Shown piece after piece: positions 41,042 to 55,545 of a stretch of 64,000 nt of DNA. The notes below the pieces were generated by a model. It was not told where the DNA came from. It saw only the letters and a list, made by a program, of their open reading frames with translations, and made no database searches. Location: assembly GCF_006345805.1 (NCBI RefSeq), contig NC_043014.1:50406001-50470000 (forward strand), read 5' to 3'. The stretch is from Octopus sinensis. Taxonomy: Eukaryota. Every line of letters starts with the position of its first letter. Positions within the stretch are counted from its first letter, which is position 1. A program made the position numbers and the translations under genes.

Positions 41042-41173
41042 AGAGAGACTGATTGTTTCAGAGACATACAAATAGGTATAGATAGATAGATAGACAGATA
41101 GACAGATAGATAGACAGACAGAGAGACAGACAGTCAGACAGACAGATAGGTAGACGGACAGAGGCAGACAGAC

Positions 41174-41245
<72 letters not shown>

Positions 41246-42127
41246 GGTGTGGACAATCGCGACGAGGGTCTGCAGTTTTCCTCTAGTAAAGTCACTGACA
41301 AAGCATTGTTATCACCGAAAATATTCGTCAAAGATACAACACAGCGAAAGTGAACTTGAAATGTCGTGTTAGCGAAGCGAAATCCTTACCCAAGCAGCCA
41401 TCTTTGCGAGTCTATAAATATGCTTCATTCATTTAAGATCGATAGGAAAAAAAGAACCAAGACGTTGATCACCAACGTTCCATGTAAGACAGGGCAATCG
41501 ATAGTAATGGACATTTGTGTATAGTTCGATACGAAAACAAGCTGCAGCGCTCATGGTTCGGTTAAGGAGCTGCCACATTGATGGCAGGAAGCGAGGGTAT
41601 TATCTTAAGTCCGGAAACTTAACAGAAATATTTGAGATGGAATACAGCCCGCTAAAGACACTCTAGCGCCACTTGGTTGATAGTATTAATTCAGACTTTA
41701 ACTTAATCCATACAAATACTCTTATAAAGCCGTAGTCAATACCTGCAATTTCATGCTGCTTTCAATTCCTTGATAGAAAGATTAAAGGTATTTTAGTTCA
41801 TTAAAAGAACGTCTCAGAATATCGTATCAGCTTTACAATTTACCGATTTCCGTTCAAATAAAATTTAATAGAAATTCGATTTTAGCACGTTATGGGAGTC
41901 GTTTCATGTTTACTATTTATATTGTTCAGGTATCATTCAATAACGAAAAATGTCAACACCATTTCCCGCTCCCTTCTATTCATATCTATCTGTCTATTCA
42001 CCTAGGTTGATACCCAATCATCCATAGATCTATATTTATATATATGATAACGAACATACATACATATACACATAAATGTACATTATGTGGGTCTGCCTGC
42101 AAAATATTTGTGTGTGTCTCTCTCTCA

Positions 42128-42192
<65 letters not shown>

Positions 42193-42488
42193 TCTCAATA
42201 TAGTTCACATGTTTGGGTAAACAGCCTTGGAGCGAACGAAATGTAGATCTTCGTGACAAAATGATACGAGTCTGTGTTTCAACTATCTTAAAAACAAGCT
42301 AAGGGCTGCAGGGTAAAAGAGGAACGCGGCTACAAATACACCGCCTACACTGATGCGTATTCTTCGTAAATGCTACATTAGTGGGCTTCTTTGCAAATCG
42401 TAGGCGGGACACAAATGTAACCTTCGGCATAATCATTATGACTGACGAAGAAAGTATAAATGTAATTATATATATATATATATATATA

Positions 42489-43005
<517 letters not shown>

Positions 43006-43029
43006 AGTTATGAGAGGTAATGGTGTCGT

Positions 43030-43450
43030 TGAGACCCAAAGGTGTCAGGTAATGCTGAATAGTGCTATGGATAGACCATAGCTAAGTTCCAGGTTCGGTG
43101 ATTATGCGAATAAGGGGTCCAATGTGGGTCATGTATCAGCGTGTGTATATGATTTTCTTTCCAGAATCAGATAACAAACCAAGGCTGTGTAGATTTTAAA
43201 ACAATTATAGAAAGACGGTCTTACAGCTGTTTCCAGGATATTTATTATATCCCTTCATCGGAGACGGTGTGAGAGGATGGTTAAGTAATAGTTAATTTAG
43301 ATGAGATATTAAATAGAGAGTGAGGTGGAGGAATCAAAATAGATTTGAAATATGCAGGGATATTGTATTTGTAGAGCCATTATTTAGGCAGAACGGTATA
43401 CATATAGGATTCCAATACCTCATGAGTAAAATCCCAAAGTATATATACAC
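43030..43450 (-). mobile_element. Probable Penelope-like element terminal remnant
   Basis: On the minus strand, a pyrimidine-rich leader is followed by a hammerhead-like fold and then degenerate coding-like sequence. The PLE assignment is inferred from the ribozyme context. Confidence 0.5.
43215..43268 (-). ncRNA. Candidate minimal type I hammerhead ribozyme
   Basis: Minus strand: accgtct-CCGATGA-a-gggata(taataaa)tatcct-g-GAAAC-agct-GTA-agaccgt. Stems I, II and III all pair; core has U4C. Confidence 0.5.
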
Positions 43451-43602
43451 ACACAGTAGAATATATATCTAAGAGATTACAAAGAATTCGAGAGGAACCA
43501 ACTTGTCTTTCTTGCATTTTTGTCTTTCACAGGAGCTACAACAAAACCTGTGATAAATGATAATAATAATAATATATAATAATAATAATAAAAATAATAA
43601 TA

Positions 43603-43675
<73 letters not shown>

Positions 43676-43676
43676 T

Positions 43677-44076
43677 GGAGTGGCTGTGTGGTAAGTAGCT
43701 TGTTTACCAACCACGTGGTTCCGGGTTCAGTCCCACTGCGTGGCACTTTGGGCAAGTGTCTCCCACTATAGCCGCGGGCTGACTAAAGCCTTGTGAGTGG
43801 ATTTGGTAGACGGAAACTGAAAGAAGCCCATCGTATATATGTAAATATATATATGTGTGTGTGTGTTTGTGTGTCTATGTTTGCCCCTCCAACAGCGCTT
43901 GACAACCTATGCCGGTGTATTTCCGTCCCCGTAACACTAGCGGTTCGGCGAAAGAGCCCGATATAATGAGTACTAGTCTTACAAGTAATAAGTCTTGGGG
44001 TCGATTTGCTCGACTAAAGGCGGTGCTCCAGCATGGCCGCAGTTACATGACTGAAAGAAGTAAAGGATAAAAGAGT
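43677..44076 (+). mobile_element. SINE family M
   Basis: Head begins directly after an (AAT)n array; body and tail align to other M copies. Confidence 0.88.
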
Positions 44077-44653
44077 AATAATAAAAATAATAACCAGAAG
44101 CAGAAGAAGAAAAAGAAGAAGAAGAAGAAAAAGAAGAAGAAGAAGAAGAAGAAGAAGAAAAAGAAGAAGAAGAAGAAGAAGAAGAAACAACAACAACAAC
44201 AACAACAACATCAGCAAGGACATGAAGAACAAGTCCAATAACCAGAACAAGAGTACCAACAACAACACTGTACGTAATCTGACGCATCTTTGGGCGTAAG
44301 CCGCTTATCTCTAAACGAAATGAAAACTCGCAAAAACAAATGAATTGATTGATTGAAATTAGGCTTATGATAGAATTCGCCATTTTAAAGACATTTTTGT
44401 TGGTTTTGGATTTCTAAGATGAAGATGGACCATTAATAAAATAATACCATTTCCGTTTAAATCGAAAAATTCTGCAACACAGGATTATCTTTTAGTGCGC
44501 TTCTTAAAAAAATAAAACATTTGAGTTTTACATGTCAATATATTCTTAGGGACAAACGAAACAGTTTATTGTTGAGACAAAACAAAAAGATACAAGGGAA
44601 GACGCCATTCCTATAATCTTTCAGCATTAATGCATACATACATACACGCATAC

Positions 44654-44750
<97 letters not shown>

Positions 44751-45019
44751 ATATATAATATATATAAACAAATGTATATATACATATATATTTGTATTTG
44801 TGGACATTTTTGAGGATGCAAACAAACAGAATATTAAGAGATTATTTAAGTACGAATTTATTATTTAATTGTAAGTGCCTTCGAAGTTTCAACGGGAATG
44901 TGTTCAGCTTTTTCAAACACTACTTGTATATATGCTACAGACACAGGCATGCTTCCACTATCAATATATTTCTTACATACATGCATATATACATGAATAC
45001 ATATATATACATATACATA

Positions 45020-45231
45020 GGTGCAGGAGTGGCTGTGTGGTAAGTAGCTTGCTAACCAGCCACATGGTTCCGGGTTCAGTCCCACTGCGTGGCATCTTGG
45101 GCAAGTGTCTTCTACTATAGCCTCGAGTCGACCAAAGCCTTGTGAGTGGATTTGGTAGAGGGAAACTCAAAGAAGCCTGTCGTATATATGTATGTATACA
45201 TATATATATTATATATATATAATATATATAA

Positions 45232-45267
<36 letters not shown>

Positions 45268-45490
45268 TGTATGTGTGTGTATATGTTTGTGTGTCTGTGT
45301 TTGTCCCTCTAACATTACTTGACAACTGATGCTGGTGTGTTTACGTTCCCGTCACTTAACGGTTCGGCAAAAGAACCGATAAAATAAGTACTGGACTTAC
45401 AAAGAATAAGTCCCAGGGTCGATTAGCTCGACTAAAGGCGGTGCTCCAGCATGGCCGCAGTCAAATGACTGAAACAGATAAAAGAGAGTA
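45020..45490 (+). mobile_element. SINE family M with an expanded internal microsatellite
   Basis: Full alignment; internal (TA)n(TATG)n(TG)n. Confidence 0.9.
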
Positions 45491-45579
45491 TTATAAAGAG
45501 AGTACATGAATACATATATACAATACATATACATATACATGACTACACATATATAATATATGAACTCAGGTAACACCTC

Positions 45580-46158
45580 TTAATTTTCGAGCACCTTCTG
45601 GAATATTGGAGCGGTTCTAACCAGTGTTGTTTTCTGCAAGTGCTCCAACCTTATTGCAGCCCCTATTAGTTCTACGTATTTCTCCAGATTTTTGCTCAAT
45701 GTTCCCAGGGCTCCGACAATTATTGGTACTACTGCTACCTTTTTCATCGACCGTAACTGCTTAACTTCCCAAGCTAACCTGTCATATCTCTCGACTTTTC
45801 TTTCTTCCTTATCTCATACCTTGCTGTCAGCTGAGCATGCTACATCTATAATCCAGCATGGTTTGTTTTGTTTCTCAATTAAGACTATGTCCTTCTTACT
45901 ATTTTCTATCTCATGATCGTACTAGATCATAAAATCCCATAGGATCTTTGCATTTCTATTTTCGACGATGCCTTCGGGTTTGTGGTCTTATCAAGTTTTT
46001 TGCTGTGTCAAGTCCGTACTTGTTGGAAAGTCTCCAATGGTCAAGCCTGGCTATATTGTAGTTGCGTCTCTTATATTCCTTCTGAGCTAGTAGCGTACAT
46101 TGGCCAGTAATATGCCATAAGGTTTCACCATTTTATCCACAAATTCTGCATTTATCAC
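45580..46158 (-). pseudogene. R4/Dong-like LINE 3' fragment (RLE domain), family 2
   Basis: KEYKRRNYNIARLDHWRLSNKYGL / DHKPEGIVENRNAKILWDFMI*YDHEIENSKKDIVLIEKQNKPCWIIDVAC...VVPIIVGALGTLSKNLE...FQKVLEN*. Confidence 0.85.
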
Positions 46159-46159
46159 T

Positions 46160-46205
46160 TATCATTATTATTATTATTAGTAGTAGTAGTAGTAGTAGTA
46201 GTAGT

Positions 46206-46267
<62 letters not shown>

Positions 46268-46272
46268 CAGCC

Positions 46273-46347
<75 letters not shown>

Positions 46348-46400
46348 TTGTTGTTTTACTTTTTGTCGTTATTTTTGTCGTTGTTGTTATTATTATTAGT
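46160..46400. repeat. (TAT)/(TAG)/(CAG)/(TTG) compound microsatellite
   Basis: Directly visible; the (TAG)n(CAG)n block occurs twice. Confidence 0.9.
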
Positions 46401-46999
46401 CGCTACTAAAATTCAATGAAAATGAAATTGCAAAATACAAAATTACACCACGAAGACTGTTAGAAAAAATTTATTTAAAATGCATCAAATCAAAACAAAA
46501 AAGCAATAAATAATTTTTAAAAATATATACATCCTGCGACGATCTCTCTACAATATAGGAAGAAAAATAAAGCTAGTGCAGCAAAAATATGAACTTTGGG
46601 AAATATTGAATTATATGAGGCGAATTGTTAATAAGTTCTCTTTTTAAAATATTTTTTCCCTAAGATTTTCTATTTACTGTTATTTTTTGCACGATTATAC
46701 TTTTTGAAAAGTGATTTTAACTTGCTTTCTTTGTTTTCTCTTTGTTTTTTGTTGTTTTTTTTTCATGTATGTACTGACTAAATTTGGTAATGAACTTTCG
46801 TGTGAATTTTTCCTTACTGAATGAAATGTGGCGAATTTTCTCAGCGAATAAAAAACAGAAAGGTTTTTAAAAAAATGTTTGGTGATGTATTTTCTCTGCG
46901 GATAGAGAGCATGATGATGAATTTCGAGACGATGTTGCTGGTGTACTGAGTATGGGTTCGGCAAAGATGTGTGAACTTGTGATGAATGTATCTTTCGAA

Positions 47000-47370
47000 A
47001 TAATTACCAGGCGAAGATATTAACAAAGTATCTAATTGTTCGGTGCTAAAATTACCAAACAATAATGTTCCTGACTATAAAATTACCAATCGGTAAAGAT
47101 ACTGCGTGATGCAATTTCTAGATGGTAAATTTAATAGGTGTTATTGTTACCCAGCGATGAAATTACCAGACGATAAATTTACTAAGTGATCATTTTACCA
47201 GGCGATTATGAAGTGAAATTACCTTACAAGGATACTACCAGGCGATGAAATTCCCTGCTGTAAAATTTAGCAGGCATTGAAATGGCTTCATGATTAAATT
47301 ACCCAGCGGATAAACTTAAAGGTGGTGAACTTATCCCTAAGTTAATACCCGAGGTGGATTTACTAGACAC
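47000..47370. repeat. Degenerate roughly 15-bp tandem repeat (AAATTACCAGGCGAT-like)
   Basis: Recurrent aattacc(a)/ttaccaggcga units. Confidence 0.6.
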
Positions 47371-49169
47371 TGCATCTTATTCTACGTTATTGAATATAAT
47401 CCGCATAACAGCTATCAGCTTATTTAATGCGGCGAGATGAGATATGAGAGAATATTAGCTGCTATATCTAGCTAGTCGAGGCTTCGTTGTAACAGATGGC
47501 AGCACTTTATTGATATTCACAGTACTGACGTTTTTCGTAGACTATGGACGCAATCATTATTATTTACAATCTGCAATTTTCAGAAGTATTAACCCTTTAA
47601 CTACGCAATAAAATTTTGAAGTTATTCCAGAAATGATATTAAATATCCACCAAAATATAGATTTGGTATTTTCTGCGAGTTACATTGCTTCAGGAGACCT
47701 TATATATATAACAAATATCATTTCTAATATAACATCCCTTAACAAAAGATAAACGTGTATATAAACTGATTTCTGCAGTAAAGGATAATGAAATTTTAAG
47801 TGGATTTTAGTGTTTGTCGCAGCAAAAGGATTAAACATTCATATTGCGGATACAAAAGGCAGTCTATGGCTTTGGTTTTCTAAAACAGGTGAGAAGAACG
47901 TCTATCTATTGATCAATCCGGTGTTGTGGTAGATAACCCTTTCCTTATGGACCGTGTAGTGCTAACGAAATTAGAACAAGATGGCTGCGAAACGAACTTC
48001 TTAAGCACAAGCGATATTTCTACGCCTGACAAAACTACATTATAATACTAAGTCACATTACTCACATTCTGTACAAAGGACGCTTAATTAAATAAGGCAA
48101 CAATTTTCTCTTCCATGCATGGAAGGGCGAATTCTTTTTCTTGTTGTTTTTATTGTTGTTAGTGGTGGCAGTTGTTCTGGTATTGCTGGTGTGGTGGCGG
48201 TGGTAGTTGTAGTGATAGTGATGTTGGTGATGCTGATGGTGGTGGTAATGGTTGTAATGGTGGTAACAGTTGTGGTAGTGATGGTCGTCGCTGTGATGGT
48301 GGTTGTGTTTGTGGTGGTGAGTGCTGTTCTTTAAATTCTGAACACAAGCATTTTTCAATCAAGGGTATTCCAGGCATGCCACTCCTTTCCGACTTCTTGG
48401 GGAAGGAATGGCACAGTAGCTAGGACTGCCTTATTACATGGGTATATCTTGTCTCTTTTTTTAAAGACCAAAAAGTGTCTATTTCTAGACAGTTGAGAGA
48501 CAACACTCGACCATCACATCAACAGTGCGCTACTTCGAGAGAAATGAAAGCAGCTTTTATTATTCAAACTTATTTCACCTAACACAGTGAGATAGCCTAT
48601 GTTTAAAGGTTTTGCAATCAATACCAACTACTTTTTCTCAATGTAGATGAGACTGTATTATGTAATTTTTTTCACTTTGTCAAGACTGTAGTTTGTGATT
48701 GAAGAAAGCGAAATATATAGAGAGAGAGCTTTTGTTGTCCTTTCTAGCAGTGTCATCGACCGCATACAGATCTCGTCTTCCACTGTGACCCTACCGATAT
48801 ATCAATTCTTTGGTGCTCAATGACCCTAATTTATCCTTGGTTGTAAAGTTCTCTCCCGAAGACATTTCAGCTACATATATTTTTTCGGATTGGGGGTGAG
48901 TCAAGTACACTACATTTATATTTTTAAAAGATACAGGGCGTTATTTGACGGGTATTTCCTTACTTGCTATTTCTATAAACTCGATAGACCACACGGGTGG
49001 CAGTACTCCAGCATTGCCACAGAAGTACATCTGAAACAATCAAAAGAATGAAAAAAAAAATAATAAAAAAAAAGGAAATCGAGCGAATCTTCATTTACTA
49101 GTTCACTTCGCCGCGAATTGGCTTGCTCGGCCCTTTTTGCTTTTTTGCAGATGCCCTTATTGTAATTAT

Positions 49170-49575
49170 TCTTTTACTCTTTTACTTGTTTCAGTCATTT
49201 GACTGCGGCCATGCTGGAGCACCGCCTTTAGTCGAGCAAATCGACCCCGGGACTTATTCTTTGTAAGCCCAGTACTTATTCTATCGGTCTCTTTTGCCGA
49301 ACCGCTAAGTGACGGGGACGTAAACACACCAGCATCGGTTGTCAAGCAATGCTAGGGTGACAAAGACAGACACACAAACACATATATATATATATATATA
49401 TATACATATATACGACAGGCTTCTTTCAGTTTCCGTCTACCAAATCCACTCACAAGGCATTGGTCGGCCCGGGGCTATAGCAGAAGACACTTGCCGAAGG
49501 TGCCACGCAGTGGGACTGAACCCGGAACCATGTGGTTGATTAGCAAGCTACTTACCACACAGCCACTCCTGCGCC
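49170..49575 (-). mobile_element. SINE family M, full length
   Basis: Reverse complement of the M consensus with few differences. Confidence 0.92.
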
Positions 49576-50474
49576 TGTTTACATAAACGAAATATATTGA
49601 GGGTAATCTTTTTTTAAGAGCATAGTTTAAAGTAGATCTCTGCGTCAATAAAATGACAACACACTGTAGAAAGAAACGAAACGATATATTATATTCATGC
49701 GCTGGTGTATAAATTTACATCGAATATCAGTTAACTAGGAAAAGAAAGCCGGGAGTGCTTTATGGAGACACTATATTATCTTAGACAAGTCATGCAACGT
49801 TTCATTGCATATATATATATATTCCGCAATATGTGTTACTGTTCAGAATATATTTGATAGAACAGAAGCGCATTCAATCGGTAACGACACGTCACGTTAT
49901 TTCTCATATATGACGTCTTGTAAGTTTGTAGCTGGACGTCCATTGGTGGGGGTGAGATTTTATTGAAATTCAGAGAGTGGAGCAAATGCGACCTATCGGT
50001 GTGATTGTTCGAAATTAATTTAAGAGATACCCAAAAACGTGGTGAATATTTGCTCAAATGCAGAAATGAAACATTTGTGTAAATCCCCAAAACTTGTCAT
50101 GTCGACTTTTCCTCCTCAATTTTTCTCATTTACGCCTATTCCACTGAATACGCATATGCACATATCTATATACCTACCTACCGGCATACATACATAAATA
50201 AATAAATATATTTATATATATGACAAAAGATGATCCACGTTTAAACAAGATGCTCCAGGATTTTTTAATATTATTGAATCTTGTCAGCACTGAATTTTTT
50301 AAACATGTTTTTTTCTACTTTGAAAGTGTTTACGTTTTACCATTGATAAACAAAAAAATATTGTCGAAACTAGTTTGATATGTAAATATATTTATTTAAA
50401 AACATCTACAAGTTCTTAAAATTCAATTGCATTTTCAACAACAAATTTTCCTCTCTCTCTCTCTCTTTCTCTCC

Positions 50475-50527
<53 letters not shown>

Positions 50528-50786
50528 CATTGCTATTACGCAAAAGTGTCGTCAGTACAAAATGTTGTTTTATCAGAAAACGAAAAGATAATTTTACCAT
50601 TCCATAGGTAAAACGTTGTATTAAACTTTCACAATCTTTGATATCTTGCCATCTGAAGCAGTTGGAGATACGCTAGTTTGACTAAAGTGGCCGGCATTTG
50701 CAAGTAAAAATTAAATATTGAAAAAACAAACACATTTGGCCAAATTTGGACATATTAAAATTTAATATGAGAGCAGCGATATATAT

Positions 50787-51007
50787 AAAACTTAGATAAA
50801 ACTTAGATATGTTTCGACCAAAGATTGATCCAGGCCATGTCTAACTTAATAGCACCACCTGATAGGATTATCTAAATCCTGCTTAAGTCAAGTTTTTGTT
50901 TATGGTCCATTCAAGTAGTGAGTTTTTGTTGTGTGAGTTGTATCCAATTATGGGTGGCTTATCTGGTATTCTTTGAAGGAATCTATCCAGACTCCGTTTA
51001 AAGTTGA
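50787..51007 (-). mobile_element. CR1-like LINE 3' tail, copy 1
   Basis: Near-identical to 51239-51447; tail of repeated (tatctaagtt); encodes FKRSLDRFLQRIPDKPPIIGY. Confidence 0.75.
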
Positions 51008-51016
51008 GGATAGACT

Positions 51017-51047
<31 letters not shown>

Positions 51048-51200
51048 AGTTCAGCAAAATTTAGATTCAGATGAATATGGTACTTAAGCTAAAGGCACCA
51101 GAATTTGGTATGGATTTACCCATATAATTCAAAATGGGGTGATTATAATCAAAATAAGCAACAAGGATATCCAAAGGCAGTATATATATGTGTGTGTGTC

Positions 51201-51238
<38 letters not shown>

Positions 51239-51540
51239 GACTTAGATATATTTCGACCAAAGAATGGTCCAGGCCATGTCTAACTTAATAGCACCACCTG
51301 ATAGGATTATCTAAATCCTGTTTAAGTCAAGTTTTGTTTATGGTCCATTCAAGTAGTGAGTTTTTGTCGGGTGAGTTATATCCAATTATGGGTGGCTTAT
51401 CTGGTATTCTTTGAAGGAATCTATCCAGACTCCGTTTAAAGTTGATGGGATCCTTTTCGTCTTTGATCTCTTTCGGGACAATGTTATCATCATTATTGGG
51501 ATATGACTCTGGAGGAAGCAATTGCAAGAGATTCTCCAAA
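51239..51540 (-). mobile_element. CR1-like LINE 3' tail, copy 2
   Basis: NIVPKEIKDEKDPINFKRSLDRFLQRIPDKPPIIGYNSPDKNSLLEW resembles the FN.LP..IR..FK..LD.FL..IPD.P..GY..NSL C-terminus of CR1-clade ORF2. Confidence 0.75.
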
Positions 51541-52739
51541 ACAAGTCAGAGATCTGTTCGCAGAATTTCCCATTCGGAGTTAGTTGCTTAAAAGATATAT
51601 ACTAGCGTAAAAGGCACCGTAGGACGGCTTTTAAGCTTGTGTGTATATGTGTGTATATGTAAGTTTATTAGATGGTTCAATACATTTAAGATAAGTATAG
51701 TTGTAAAATAAATTTAAGATTCTGCATTTAAACTTGGTGATACAAAGCTGACGTAGGTCAAATGAGTGAATTTTTCTGTCTCTGATCACAAGAATAGTTA
51801 GATGTGAGTAATTTCAGCATTTGTTGACGACACATCGGAGATTAGTTACATATAGCGCGCCACAGAGGGAATAGTCCCGTTTATTTATAGCTTAAACACA
51901 CGAGGACTGAACTAAATTGGTTTGTCTAATTTGCATAACAGCGCATGCGTTGGAAATGTAAATTAATTAATTAATCGAAGAACTATAGAAGAACACGCAG
52001 CTTCTTATGAATAAATATACAGCCGCCGAACAATATTTACATAATGGCACGAGATTGACAACCGGGAATTAATTGTTGCACTAACACTACATGACTGCGA
52101 ATAAATATGTGTTATTATAACATATGTTATGCGCCCAAAACACACTCCTACATACACGCACGGATACATTCACATATATATGTATATGTGTGTGTGTGTT
52201 TGTGTGTGTATATGTGTCTACGTATGTATATATCTATGTATGTATGTGTTGGAATTTCTTGGGAAATATAGCCATGAAGAAATGCGTTATTGTTTTCGAA
52301 GATATTTTGCGAAAGAGAGAGAGAGAGAGAGAGAGTGGGGACGGAAGGAGAAGTCTGATGGCAAACTTGATTAAAGCCATTCTTACATCTTCTTTGCATG
52401 TTTGCCGCGTCCTCTCGCGGAATAAAATTAATTATATCACATCACATCACAGCAGTGCAACAGTAGCAGAAGACTTCGTTGTCAAGTGAACTCGGTTCCC
52501 CATGATTTATCTCTTATTAATTTTCACTCACGATGCTGGATGTAGTAAAGGGCATCTCATCGGGATTGAAACACAAGGAATAATTAATGACGGTTTGCCC
52601 TGTGAGAGAAGAAAAAGTTCTTGTCTCGGCTCTTTTTCACCCTGTTCACTAGAGAGATCTCCATAATCACAGACATCGGACAATGACTGGTAACTTCTCG
52701 CTAATGCTTGTTAAAGGAAAGCAATAGGTGGATCGTAGC

Positions 52740-52759
52740 GATACCAGTAGTGGTAGTAA

Positions 52760-52800
<41 letters not shown>

Positions 52801-52824
52801 ATAGTAGTAGTAGTAGTAGTAGTA

Positions 52825-52863
<39 letters not shown>

Positions 52864-52928
52864 TTAACAGCAGCAGTGGTTGTAGTAGTTATGGTGTGGT
52901 GGTGGTGGTAGTGGTGGTGGTGGTGGTG

Positions 52929-52973
<45 letters not shown>

Positions 52974-53049
52974 AGATTTCTAAAGACTCTGCCAGTTCAA
53001 AGCCAATAATAACGTTAATAGTGGTTTCAAACTTCGGTGGTGGTGATGG

Positions 53050-53111
<62 letters not shown>

Positions 53112-53150
53112 GTGGTGAAGATGACGACGTCGATGATCACGATGCTGATG
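52740..53150. repeat. (TAG)n, (TGG)n and (TGA)n arrays
   Basis: Directly visible; source of the poly-V/S/H ORFs. Confidence 0.9.
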
Positions 53151-53249
53151 AGTTTGAGAAGAAAGATATCTAAATGTACTTAGATATATACCAGAAAAGG
53201 GCCACGTGTCCTTCCCGAACAACAGGCTCATATGAACGGATTCTTTGGT

Positions 53250-53384
53250 GTAAATATTCCTCTCCGGTACGTGACGCTTCTCCCTCGTTTCTACCAAACA
53301 CAACTCATCGACCGGTCCGGGAATTGAAACCGCACGCTTAAGAACATGTGTGTAATACCCAAACCAACAATTCGCGCTCCTCCA
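53250..53384 (-). mobile_element. Diverged tRNA-headed SINE (head B-like)
   Basis: Reverse complement gtggagg...ggtttcaattcccggaccggtcgatgagttgtgtt resembles the 6641 head. Confidence 0.4.
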
Positions 53385-54058
53385 CACAGACACACACACA
53401 AATACATGTGCATATGTGTGTATCTGTATATATATATATGTATATGTGTGTGTGGTCTGTGTCTGTGAATCTGAGTTTAAGTTTATATATATAAATACTT
53501 ACATACATATTCTCATACATACATAGTAATTCACACATTCATACCTACATACTCACATACACACACACACACGCACGCACACTACTATTAACCATAATGG
53601 AATTAATAACCAATAGCAGAATGTCTATTTAGAATCTGACGTAAGAACATTAGAAATAAGATAAGGTGTACAAAGCAATATGGCGATAGCAAGTGAGTAG
53701 CGAATGTAAAGTAATATTGCTGATATAACAGTCGAACCAAATATGTTATGATAAATTTTTTTCTCTGTTCTGCATAAATATATACAATGTACAAAAAAGC
53801 AATTATCCAGCTTTATATACTACAGACAAATATTATAGCTTACTATACTTTATTTCAAAAGCATAATTCTTCTGTTTTTATGCCTCCAAGAAATCTTATT
53901 AGTTTGGCACATCTCAGCAAATATATTTGCTTGTAACACGAATGGTTATAGAACCGATGTAAAAATTCCCAGAGATAGATCTTGCTAAATACTCATTCGC
54001 GCGTTTCTTGCTGTCTTGCATAATATAGTGACTCTGGAGATGAATAAATAATGTTACC

Positions 54059-54160
54059 TGGAGTGGTTGTGTGGTAAGAAGCTTGCTTCTTAACCACCAT
54101 GGTTCTAGGTTCAGTTCCACTGCGAGGCTTATTAGAAAATTATATTTTGCTATAGCTTCG
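54059..54160 (+). mobile_element. SINE M 5' fragment
   Basis: ggagtggttgtgtggtaagaagcttgctt...ggttctaggttcagttccactgc. Confidence 0.65.
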
Positions 54161-54515
54161 CATACAGAAAATTGCACTACTGGGCACCGCACACATCCTA
54201 CGTAATACAATTTCAATACAGTAACTATAAGAGCATCACAACAAACCACAGCACATGCCCAAGGCACACAGAGCTGCGCTCGGTAGTGAAGTGAAGTCAC
54301 GTTATTAAAATAAAACTACTGAATAATAATAATAATAATAATAATCGCTGTGAAAACAACATCCATCCATGAATTTATTTATTTTTAAATACATATTTTA
54401 TCTGTGAATTTGCGTGTGTAATCTGGGAATGCATACAATGAGCTTCTCTGCCCTTGGTGTATGGAAAACACTCGGCGAGAAACGGAAGAAAATTTGAAGA
54501 AAGAAGGAAAAAAAC

Positions 54516-54551
<36 letters not shown>

Positions 54552-54624
54552 TAATAATAATAATAATAATTTCTACTGGAAGCACAAGGCATAAAATTTG
54601 GGGGAAGTCGCTTATATCGACCCC

Positions 54625-54830
54625 AGTGTGTGTATGTGTGTTTGTTTGTGTCTCTTTGTGTCTGTGTTTGTCCCTTACTGCCGCTTGACAACCGGTGTTG
54701 GTTAGTCAGCGTCCCCATAACATAGCGGTTCGGCCAAAGTGACTGACTAAAATACGTGTCACACTTTAAAAACATAAGTACTGGGATTGATACATTCGGC
54801 TAAAAAAATGTTGAAGTCAGTGTTCAGACA
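54625..54830 (+). mobile_element. SINE M-related 3' half
   Basis: tgtctgtgtttgtccc...cgcttgacaaccggtgttgg...catagcggttcggcc. Confidence 0.6.
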
Positions 54831-55328
54831 GATCGGGAATTTGAGGTTAAGCGACAAGTTATCGTCGTGGAATATGGTTTCGAAACTGAAGAGGTATGCA
54901 CAGAAAATGAAGAAGTATAGCGATGATCATAAAAACTGAAGTGTCATTTAAAACTTGTAATTCAAGGTAGGCGCACAGAACATCTAGAATCCACAGACGA
55001 AAGAATCTTCTTGTTCTTGTTACAGATTCAAACGCAAATATCTGACCGCTGTTGTTTATCCCCATCGGAGATCAACTCCGCCTCGTAGACGACATGTGTT
55101 TATGATACACGGAATTCAAAGTTGTTACGACACTTTGGGGCATTGCTGTTTCTATGATTCGTCATTCAAAGCTTTCCCACCGGACCTACGAAGCTAAGAA
55201 TTGCTCGAAATCTTGTTCGGAAGAATGAACAAACAAATTATTTGCCGAACATGGTGATGTCTGCCAAGGCGATGTGAATTTAAACAATAGCGTATTTATT
55301 GATCTTTAATGTTTTCAGGCTGATGTAA

Positions 55329-55545
55329 GGGTGAGAGCTGGCGGAAATGTTAGCACGCTGGGGAAAATGCCAACTGGTGTTTCGTCCGGTTTTATGTACT
55401 GAGTCCAAATTCTGCCGAGGTCAACTTTGCCTTTCATTCTCATGGGGGTCAGTAAAATACTTAAAAGTTAATTTGATACAAGGATCGATGTAATCAACTT
55501 AGCTTCTCCCTCAAAATTGCTGGCCTTGTACTAAAATTTGAAAGC
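55329..55545 (+). mobile_element. SINE family C (C2-like tail), diverged
   Basis: gagctggcggaaatgttagcacgc...ctgagtccaaattctgccgaggtcaactttgcctttcat...ctccctcaaaattgctggccttgt. Confidence 0.7.
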
